A stretch of DNA of 64,000 bases from Eledone cirrhosa (Eukaryota): assembly GCA_964016885.1 (NCBI GenBank), contig OZ024741.1, positions 26,722,001 to 26,786,000 of the forward strand, written 5' to 3'. The notes beneath the pieces are model-generated. The model was not told the origin of the DNA. It was given only the letters and a program-made list of their open reading frames with translations, and ran no database searches. Numbering within the stretch: position 1 is the first letter of the stretch; every line of letters starts with the position of its first letter. Position numbers and translations under genes: made by a program. Below, in pieces: positions 53,021-64,000 of the stretch.

Positions 53021-53232
53021 TACCATATACACTTGAATATAAGTTGAGGAATATGTGACCAGAACATTGATGGTAAAATGTGAGGTTGGCTTATATACAC
53101 CATCAAACAATGAGTTGATTACCTGCCTTGGTTTATAAACAGGGTTTGGATTTTCACCTATTTCTCAGACATAAAATAGACTTGGAGGGTTGGTTTATAT
53201 CTGGATCAGCTTATATTCAAGTATATATGGTT
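53021..53232. mobile_element. Tc2/pogo-like MITE
   Basis: Terminal inverted repeats taccatatacacttgaatataagttga / tcagcttatattcaagtatatatgg. Confidence 0.6.
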
Positions 53233-53324
53233 ACTATCACATTATTAAGTTGGGGTTTGGAATACATAAAAATTTTGCATCAGCTTTCTTTCTTCTTTCA
53301 ATAGTCTCAACAATGGTGCTACTC

Positions 53325-54690
53325 CGGAGCAGTGGAAAACTGCCAGTGTCATTCCCCTGTTCAAAAAAGGTGACTGCACGTCACCTGTCAACTATCGTCC
53401 AGTCAGTCTTACTAGCTGTATTGCCAAACTGATGGAATCCTGTGTCAGAGAAACACTTTGGAACTTCTGGAGCTCTCACAGCCTCATCCGGCCCTTGCAA
53501 TTTGGATTTATCCCTAACTCCAGCTGCTGTGATCAGCTTATCGAGTTCCTTGAAGACATTACCCGGATCACTGACAGTGGCTCATGGGTGGATGTTGTTT
53601 ACCTTGACTTCGATAAGGCTTTTAATTCTGTACCACACAAAAGACTTATGGCGAAACTCTCTGCAATGGGTGTGAGGGATGATCTTTTTAACTGGTTGAA
53701 ATCCTTCATTCTCAGTCACGGTTCTAGGACAGCATTCTTCACCATATATGATGTCATCTGGTGTACCACAGGGATCTGTTCTTGGTCCCCTTTTGTTTGT
53801 TGCATGCATTAATGACATAGATGCCAACTTAAAGAATGCCACAGTACTGAAATATGCAGATGACATCAAGCTGTACCTTGAAATCAAAAGGACAGATCCT
53901 GAAATCTACAACTCTTTCCTACAATCAGACCTGGACACAATGCAGCAATGGATCACAGACTGGCAACCGAAGCTGGCTGTGAACAAGTGTACCACCATGC
54001 ATTTTGGGAGGCCGAGGGTGTCTTGGCATCACTCAGCAAGACCTTTGTTAGCCGCTCTCCAGCCATCTATTTAAAGCTCTATACAGCTATGGTATGACCA
54101 CACTTGGAATTCGCATCATCAGTCTGGAACCCCTATCTTGCTCAGAACATTGACCTCCTGGAAACTGTTCAGAGACGTGCAACCATGCGCATACGCTCCA
54201 TCAGACACCTACCATACTCTGAACGCCTTGCGTCCCTGGGCATGGATTCATTGAAGCTCCGACGTCTGGCAATGGACTTGGTAAACACCCACAAAGTTAT
54301 TAACCATCTTGCCAACAACAACCCTGAGCACCTTTTTGATCTCCATGTGTCTAACACATGTGGACATGCCTACAAAATCAGAAAACAGCACAGCTCCCAT
54401 GACTTTTGGAAACATTTTTTCACGCTTAGAGTTGCTGAAGCATGGAACAAACTGCCTGCGTCAGTTGTTAGCTGCCGAGACACTGCATCCTTTAAAACCC
54501 TCATGCTTCCCGAAATTCGCCAAAACTACACCTGATGTCCCACTTCCATACACATGCTCACATGTGTATATCATGACTCATGCACTGTTCATTTTCCTGA
54601 TGTTTGTACATTACCCTATGTACTATACATACACTTTTGATTAGTTGTAGTGCACCTGAGCACTGTACACAATATTTCATTATTATTATT
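53325..54690 (+). mobile_element. CR1-clade LINE (family 2), 5'-truncated and frameshifted, (TTA)n tail
   Basis: NYRPVSLT, QFGF, VDVVYLDFDKAFNSVPH, GVPQGSVLGPLLF, KYADDIKL, LEFASSVWNPY, FFTLRVAEAWNKLP. Confidence 0.9.
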
Positions 54691-54894
54691 AGTACCAGTA
54701 ATGCACTGGTTGATTGCTGGCCTTGTGCCTAAAGTAGAAACAATTATTATTATTATGATGCAAAGTTTTCAGATAAACACTTTAAGATGAGAGGTTTTAT
54801 ATCATAGAATTATTAACAGCTTCAGGTAATTTGGTATTTTAGGGGTTAAAGGTTGGATATCAACTAATTTTACATCTTCAGTTTTATGTTTATA

Positions 54895-55530
54895 GTTGTT
54901 GTTGTAGTTGGTGTAGTTATTGCTGTTGTTGTAGTTGTCTGTTTGTATTTACAATTGTTGTCATTTATTTTGAGTTGTAATTTTGTATTTATTGTTGGTG
55001 TTGTTGGTATTGTTGTTGTTGGTGGTGGTGTTTATATTTGTTTCTAGTTGTTGTTGTTAGTGGTATTGTTGTTGTTGTTGTAATCCATATTTCTGTTTCT
55101 AGATGTTCTTGTTGTTAACCATATTTATTGTTGTTGTTGTCAATATTTCTGTTTCTAGTTGTTGTTGGTGGTATTGTTGTTGTTAACCATGTGTTGTTGT
55201 TGTCAATATTTCTGTTTCTGGTTGTTGCTGTTGTTGTTGTTAACCATATTTGTTGTTGTCAATATTTCTGTTTCTGGTTGTTGTTGGTGGTATTGTTGTT
55301 GTTGTCAATATTTCTGTTTCTGGTTGTTGTTGGTGGTATTGTTGTTGTTGTAAATATTTCTGTTTCTGGTTGTTGTTGGTGGTATTGTTGTTGTTGTAAA
55401 TATTTCTGTTTCTGGTTGTTGTTGGTGGTATTGTTGTTGTTGTAAATATTTCTGTTTCTGGTTGTTGTTGGTGGTATTGTTGTTGTTGTTAACCATATGT
55501 GTTGTTGTTGTCAGTATTTCTGTTTCTAGT
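54895..55530. repeat. GTT-based minisatellite with an aatatttctgtttctgg anchor
   Basis: Direct reading. Confidence 0.85.
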
Positions 55531-56450
55531 TCACAACTCTCTACAATCCACTAAAATATTTCTATTTTATCTGCTGATGTTTTCTAATTGATTGGAAAAT
55601 TGGCTGATTGTTCAAGTGTTTTTAACTGAACTGTTTGTTTAATTGAATCTGTGTGCTTATGGTGTGTGTGTGTGTTTGTGAATTGGGTGTCTAGTGTGTA
55701 TAGAGTTTGTGTGTGTGTGTAGGTGAAGTGCCTTTCTGGTGTGTGTGTGTATTGAGTGGATATCTTGTGTGTGTGTGTGAATGTGGAGTGGCTATCTGGT
55801 GTGTGTGTGTATGTATGTGGAGTGGCTATCTGGTGTGTATGTGTGTGTGTGGAGTGGCTATCTGGTGTGTGTGTATAGAGCGGATATCTGGTAGCTGTTG
55901 TGTGTGTGTGTGTGTGTTTAAGTAAGTAGGTAGATATATGTATGTGTGGGAATTGATATATAGAATTGATATAGTTGTTTTTTTAATTATTTTTCTAAAC
56001 ATCTCGGTATCTCTATCTCTTAGAAGAGAGTCTTAACCAATGTAATCATTTTACACCAATATTTACTCCAGTTCTTTGTGTTTTAAGTTCAAATCCAACT
56101 GTGGTCTACTCAGACGTTGGACTTAATCCATTGCTCAGTTCAACCCCATGACTGAACCATTGGTTGCCTTTAGCAGAGTTCACTCTGTCACAACTATCCA
56201 AGCCATGTTTCCATTTTAAGGATCAACTTCTCTTTTTCCCACCATTCTTGGAGGTCCTGAAAAAGGTCATAAGTTCTGCCCTTCCTTCCCCCAATAAACA
56301 GTAGAAAAATAACTAAAAAAAAACTTTGATAGTTACCAGCTTGAACTTGCTGGATTCAGTAATCTGAAGCTAAGTATTTTTGCCACAAACACTATATATG
56401 ACTGTCATTGACAAAAGGGGTCAGGAGAAGAACTCTTCCATTGTGTCAAG

Positions 56451-59400
56451 GACATGGCAGCCATGATAAAATACTCCTTCTGTACTCTGTGACATGACAG
56501 CCATGATAAAATGCTCCTTCTGTACTCTGTGACATGACAGCCATGATAAAATACTCCTTCTGTACTCTGTGACATGACAGCCATGATAAAATACTCCTTC
56601 TGTACTCTGTGACATGACAGCCATGATAAAATGCTCCTTCTGTACTCTGTGACATGACAGCCATGATAAAATGCTCCTTCTGTACTCTGTGACATGACAG
56701 CCATGATAAAATACTCCTTCTGTACTCTGTGACATGACAGCCATGATAAAATGCTCCTTCTGTACTCTGTGACATGACAGCCATGATAAAATACTCCTTC
56801 TGTACTCTGTGACATGACAGCCATGATAAAATACTCCTTCTGTACTCTGTGACATGGCAGCCATGATAAAATACTCCTTCTGTACTCTGTGACATGACAG
56901 CCATGATAAAATGCTCCTTCTGTACTCTGTGACATGACAGCCATGATAAAATACTCCTTCTGTACTCTGTGACATGACAACCATGATAAAATGCTCCTTC
57001 TGTACTCTGTGACATGACAGCCATGATAAAATACTCCTTCTGTACTCTGTGACATGACAGCCATGATAAAATGCTCCTTCTGTACTCTGTGACATGACAG
57101 CCATGATAAAATACTCCTTCTGTACTCTGTGACATGACAGCCATGATAAAATGCTCCTTCTGTACTCTGTGACATGACAGCCATGATAAAATGCTCCTTC
57201 TGTACTCTGTGACATGGCAGCCATGATAAAATACTCCTTCTGTACTCTGTGACATGACAGCCATGATAAAATGCTCCTTCTGTACTCTGTGACATGGCAG
57301 CCATGATAAAATACTCCTTCTGTACTCTGTGACATGACAGCCATGGTAAAATGCTCCTTCTGTACTCTGTGACATGACAGCCATGATAAAATACTCCTTC
57401 TGTACTCTGTGACATGACAGCCATGATAAAATGCTCCTTCTGTACTCTGTGACATGACAGCCATGATAAAATACTCCTTCAGTACTCTGTGACATGACAG
57501 CCATGATAAAATACTCTTTCTGTACTCTGTGACATGACAGCCATGATAAAATGCTCCTTCTGTACTCTGTGACATGACAGCCATGATAAAATACTCCTTC
57601 TGTACTCTGTGACATGGCAGCCATGATAAAATACTCCTTCTGTACTCTGTGACATGACAGCCATGATAAAATGCTCCTTCTGTACTCTGTGACATGACAG
57701 CCATGATAAAATACTCCTTCTGTACTCTGTGACATGGCAGCCATGATAAAATACTCCTTCTGTACTCTGTGACATGGCAGCCATGATAAAATACTCCTTC
57801 TGTACTCTGTGACATGACAGCCATGATAAAATACTCCTTCTGTACTCTGTGACATGACAGCCATGATAAAATACTCCTTCTGTACTCTGTGACATGACAG
57901 CCATGATAAAATACTCCTTCTGTACTCTGTGACATGGCAGCCATGATAAAATACTCCTTCTGTACTCTGTGACATGACAGCCATGATAAAATACTCCTTC
58001 TGTACTCTGTGACATGACAGCCATGATAAAATCCTTCTTCTGTACTCTGTGACAAGACAGCCATGATAAAATACTCCTTCTGTACTCTGTGACATGACAG
58101 CCATGATAACATTCTCCTTCTGTACTCTGTGACATGACAGCCATGATAAAATACTCCTTCTGTACTCTGTGACATGGCAGCCATGATAAAATACTCCTTC
58201 TGTACTCTGTGACATGACAGCCATGATAAAATACTCCTTCTGTACTCTGTGACATGACAGCCATGATAACATGCTCCTTCTGTACTCTGTGACATGACAG
58301 CCATGATAAAATGCTCCTTCTGTACTCTGTGACATGACAGCCATGATAAAATACTCCTTCTGTACTCTGTGACATGACAGCCATGATAAAATGCTCCTTC
58401 TGTACTCTGTGACATGGCAGCCATGATAAAATGCTCCTTCTGTACTCTGTGACATGGCAGCCATGATAAAATACTCCTTCTGTACTCTGTGACATGACAG
58501 CCATGATAAAATGCTCCTTCTGTACTCTGTGACATGACAGCCATAATAAAATACTCCTTCTGTACTCTGTGACATGACAGCCATGATAAAATGCTCCTTC
58601 TGTACTCTGTGACATGACAGCCATGATAAAATACTCTTTCTGTACTCTGTGACATGACAGCCATGATAAAATACTCCTTCTGTACTCTGTGACATGACAG
58701 CCATGATAAAATACTCCTTCTGTACTCTGTGACATGGCAGCCATGATAAAATACTCCTTCTGTACTCTGTGACATGACAGCCATGATAAAATGCTCCTTC
58801 TGTACTCTGTGACATGACAGCCATGATAAAATACTCCTTCTGTACTCTGTGACATGACAGCCATGATAAAATGCTCCTTCTGTACTCTGTGACATGACAG
58901 CCATGATAAAATACTCTTTCTGTACTCTGTGACATGACAGCCATGATAAAATACTCTTTCTGTACTCTGTGACATGACAGCCATGATAAAATACTCCTTC
59001 TGTACTCTGTGACATGGCAGCCATGATAAAATACTCCTTCTGTACTCTGTGACATGACAGCCATGATAACATTCTCCTTCTGTACTCTGTGACATGACAG
59101 CCATGATAAAATACTCCTTCTGTACTCTGTGACATGGCAGCCATGATAAAATACTCCTTCTGTACTCTGTGACATGACAGCCATGATAAAATACTCCTTC
59201 TGTACTCTGTGACATGACAGCCATGATAACATGCTCCTTCTGTACTCTGTGACATGACAGCCATGATAAAATGCTCCTTCTGTACTCTGTGACATGACAG
59301 CCATGATAAAATGCTCCTTCTGTACTCTGTGACATGGCAGCCATGATAAAATACTCCTTCTGTACTCTGTGACATGACAGCCATGATAAAATGCTCCTTC

Positions 59401-62400
59401 TGTACTCTGTGACATGGCAGCCATGATAAAATGCTCCTTCTGTACTCTGTGACATGGCAGCCATGATAAAATACTCCTTCTGTACTCTGTGACATGACAG
59501 CCATGATAAAATGCTCCTTCTGTACTCTGTGACATGACAGCCATGATAAAATGCTCCTTGTGTACTCTGTGACATGACAGCCATGATAAAATGCTCCTTC
59601 TGTACTCTGTGACATGACAGCCATGATAAAATGCTCCTTCTGTACTCTGTGACATGACAGCCATGATAAAATACTCCTTCTGTACTCTGTGACATGACAA
59701 CCATGATAAAATGCTCCTTCTGTACTCTGTGACATGACAGCCATGATAAAATACTCCTTCTGTACTCTGTGACATGACAGCCATGATAAAATGCTCCTTC
59801 TGTACTCTGTGACATGACAGCCATGATAAAATACTCCTTCTGTACTCTGTGACATGACAGCCATGATAAAATGCTCCTTCTGTACTCTGTGACATGACAG
59901 CCATGATAAAATGCTCCTTCTGTACTCTGTGACATGGCAGCCATGATAAAATACTCCTTCTGTACTCTGTGACATGACAGCCATGATAAAATGCTCCTTC
60001 TGTACTCTGTGACATGGCAGCCATGATAAAATACTCCTTCTGTACTCTGTGACATGACAGCCATGGTAAAATGCTCCTTCTGTACTCTGTGACATGACAG
60101 CCATGATAAAATACTCCTTCTGTACTCTGTGACATGACAGCCATGATAAAATGCTCCTTCTGTACTCTGTGACATGACAGCCATGATAAAATACTCCTTC
60201 AGTACTCTGTGACATGACAGCCATGATAAAATACTCTTTCTGTACTCTGTGACATGACAGCCATGATAAAATGCTCCTTCTGTACTCTGTGACATGACAG
60301 CCATGATAAAATACTCCTTCTGTACTCTGTGACATGGCAGCCATGATAAAATACTCCTTCTGTACTCTGTGACATGACAGCCATGATAAAATGCTCCTTC
60401 TGTACTCTGTGACATGACAGCCATGATAAAATACTCCTTCTGTACTCTGTGACATGGCAGCCATGATAAAATACTCCTTCTGTACTCTGTGACATGGCAG
60501 CCATGATAAAATACTCCTTCTGTACTCTGTGACATGACAGCCATGATAAAATACTCCTTCTGTACTCTGTGACATGACAGCCATGATAAAATACTCCTTC
60601 TGTACTCTGTGACATGACAGCCATGATAAAATACTCCTTCTGTACTCTGTGACATGGCAGCCATGATAAAATACTCCTTCTGTACTCTGTGACATGACAG
60701 CCATGATAAAATACTCCTTCTGTACTCTGTGACATGACAGCCATGATAAAATCCTTCTTCTGTACTCTGTGACAAGACAGCCATGATAAAATACTCCTTC
60801 TGTACTCTGTGACATGACAGCCATGATAACATTCTCCTTCTGTACTCTGTGACATGACAGCCATGATAAAATACTCCTTCTGTACTCTGTGACATGGCAG
60901 CCATGATAAAATACTCCTTCTGTACTCTGTGACATGACAGCCATGATAAAATACTCCTTCTGTACTCTGTGACATGACAGCCATGATAACATGCTCCTTC
61001 TGTACTCTGTGACATGACAGCCATGATAAAATGCTCCTTCTGTACTCTGTGACATGACAGCCATGATAAAATACTCCTTCTGTACTCTGTGACATGACAG
61101 CCATGATAAAATGCTCCTTCTGTACTCTGTGACATGGCAGCCATGATAAAATGCTCCTTCTGTACTCTGTGACATGGCAGCCATGATAAAATACTCCTTC
61201 TGTACTCTGTGACATGACAGCCATGATAAAATGCTCCTTCTGTACTCTGTGACATGACAGCCATAATAAAATACTCCTTCTGTACTCTGTGACATGACAG
61301 CCATGATAAAATGCTCCTTCTGTACTCTGTGACATGACAGCCATGATAAAATACTCTTTCTGTACTCTGTGACATGACAGCCATGATAAAATACTCCTTC
61401 TGTACTCTGTGACATGACAGCCATGATAAAATACTCCTTCTGTACTCTGTGACATGGCAGCCATGATAAAATACTCCTTCTGTACTCTGTGACATGACAG
61501 CCATGATAAAATGCTCCTTCTGTACTCTGTGACATGACAGCCATGATAAAATACTCCTTCTGTACTCTGTGACATGACAGCCATGATAAAATGCTCCTTC
61601 TGTACTCTGTGACATGACAGCCATGATAAAATACTCTTTCTGTACTCTGTGACATGACAGCCATGATAAAATACTCTTTCTGTACTCTGTGACATGACAG
61701 CCATGATAAAATACTCCTTCTGTACTCTGTGACATGGCAGCCATGATAAAATACTCCTTCTGTACTCTGTGACATGACAGCCATGATAACATTCTCCTTC
61801 TGTACTCTGTGACATGACAGCCATGATAAAATACTCCTTCTGTACTCTGTGACATGGCAGCCATGATAAAATACTCCTTCTGTACTCTGTGACATGACAG
61901 CCATGATAAAATACTCCTTCTGTACTCTGTGACATGACAGCCATGATAACATGCTCCTTCTGTACTCTGTGACATGACAGCCATGATAAAATGCTCCTTC
62001 TGTACTCTGTGACATGACAGCCATGATAAAATGCTCCTTCTGTACTCTGTGACATGGCAGCCATGATAAAATACTCCTTCTGTACTCTGTGACATGACAG
62101 CCATGATAAAATGCTCCTTCTGTACTCTGTGACATGGCAGCCATGATAAAATGCTCCTTCTGTACTCTGTGACATGGCAGCCATGATAAAATACTCCTTC
62201 TGTACTCTGTGACATGACAGCCATGATAAAATGCTCCTTCTGTACTCTGTGACATGACAGCCATGATAAAATGCTCCTTGTGTACTCTGTGACATGACAG
62301 CCATGATAAAATGCTCCTTCTGTACTCTGTGACATGACAGCCATGATAAAATACTCCTTCTGTACTCTGTGACATGACAGCCATGATAAAATACTCTTTC

Positions 62401-62925
62401 TGTACTCTGTGACATGACAGCCATGATAAAATACTCCTTCTGTACTCTGTGACATGACAGCCATGATAAAATACGCCTTCTGTACTCTGTGACATGGCAG
62501 CCATGATAAAATACTCCTTCTGTACTCTGTGACATGACAGCCATGATAAAATGCTCCTTCTGTACTCTGTGACATGACAGCCATGATAAAATACTCCTTC
62601 TGTACTCTGTGACATGGCAGCCATGATAAAATACTCCTTCTGTACTCTGTGACATGACAGCCATGATAAAATACTCCTTCTGTACTCTGTGACATGACAG
62701 CCATGATAACATGCTCCTTCTGTACTCTGTGACATGACAGCCATGATAAAATACTCCTTCTGTACTCTGTGACATGGCAGCCATGATAAAATACTCCTTC
62801 TGTACTCTGTGACATGACAGCCATGATAAAATACTCCTTCTGTACTCTGTGACATGACAGCCATGATAAAATCCTTCTTCTGTACTCTGTGACATGACAG
62901 CCATGATAACATGCTCCTTCTGTTC
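56451..62925. repeat. Satellite of about 6.5 kb, 40-bp unit, about 162 units (ccatgataaaatrctccttctgtactctgtgacatgrcag)
   Basis: Exact 40-nt register with no visible indel across the array. Confidence 0.98.
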
Positions 62926-63014
62926 TCTATGGAATGTGGTATCTTATGTGAGATGTGCCCTCCCATTATATATTTAGGAGGCCAGAAGTTCTGTTCATGG
63001 TATTAACATGCAAG

Positions 63015-63468
63015 TGTCTGAGCATTCCACAGATATGTGTACCCTTAATGTAATTTTCAGAGAGATTCAGTATGACACGGTATAACAAAGCTGGCCATTT
63101 TAAATTCTGGTACAGCTTTTTTTTGCCAGGTGAGTGAACTAGAACAATGTAAAATAAAGTGTCTTCTGCAAGAACCCCCCTCTACATCCCCCACCCCAGG
63201 AATTGAACACACAAACTGACAATCATGAGTTGGATGCTCTAATGATTAACCCTTTAGCATTTAAACTGGTCATATCCAGCCAGAGTTCTCTCACCTCTTT
63301 CTGTTCAAACCAGCTATAACCGGCTGCTCATACTGACATTAAGGTAGTGTGCCCCCAAATAAATAACAAAATCTCATAGATTCGATATTATGTGAGGTAA
63401 AGCGTTTACTATGAAAATATAATAGTATATATAGAGTAATGTAAATGAAAGTTTAAGCCACATACCTC
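63015..63468 (-). mobile_element. SINE family B split by a TTAA MITE
   Basis: Reverse match to the 10698 element (aacaatgtaaaataaagtgtctt; gatgctctaatga..gccacatacct head). Confidence 0.6.
63246..63456 (+). mobile_element. piggyBac-like TTAA MITE (family 1), right TIR decayed
   Basis: ttaaccctttagcatt start; internal match to 51813-52015; ttaa at 63453. Confidence 0.72.
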
Positions 63469-64000
63469 TTTTTTTTTTTTTTCCAATTGATCAACAATAT
63501 CTCCGATTTCATTCGCATACTGAGTGTGGTGGAATTCATCAAATTGGACCAAGGAAACAATGTTTCCATTGGTTTTTCAATTGCTGATATTACTCCTGTT
63601 CGCAACTCCTGGTAGAAAGCCATGTGAAATAAGAATAAAGTGTCTTACTCATTATTCACATACACTTTCTCTACTGATACACCATTATCCTATAATCCCA
63701 ACAACATCCATACTATTTTCCTTTAAATCATAATGTTTGTAGATAATGAGTGACCATTGTTTTAACTGACATAGCTCAAGGAATTCTCAAATACTGGAAT
63801 ACTGAAATAAAAAACAAACAGTCATTCATTAATTCTTCACTTTGTTCTTTCATTTTTTCTTGTTTATTTTTGCATACAAAACATTTGTTTTTATCTTCTG
63901 CTATTTTCCAATAAATGGTAGACTGGATTTCTCTTGTATTTTCTTCCATTAGAAGTGATTATTATATTTCTTTTGTTTTTTTTTCGCATTCTACTTCAGT

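Overview
AT-rich, repeat-saturated eukaryotic (metazoan) intergenic or intronic DNA. The SINE, RTE and microsatellite make-up suggests a cephalopod such as Octopus; this is inference, not verified. No intact host protein-coding gene can be supported, and nearly all long ORFs in the track are translations of simple or tandem repeats. The window holds decayed non-LTR retrotransposons of at least six kinds: one multi-copy RTE family with a Cys-rich finger and a (GAT)n tail, Rex3/Expander-like RTE, Tx1/L1-like, two CR1-like families, and R4/Dong-like and CRE-like REL-endonuclease ends. It also holds many tRNA-derived SINEs, TTAA- and TA-targeting MITEs (some nested), very long (TA)n tracts, and large minisatellite arrays (21/26, 12, 50 and 40 bp units), two with readable higher-order duplications (1573 bp; 2720 bp with a nested 960 bp). 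The most notable signal is a set of minimal hammerhead-ribozyme motifs: four within about 1.4 kb at 10.37-11.74 kb, plus others near 30.1 and 37.3 kb. They lie beside (TA)n tracts and long fold-back palindromes, consistent with Penelope-like pseudo-LTR or retrozyme remnants. Four unrelated minisatellites also share a TGTA(C/G)TCT(G/A) core on the same strand.
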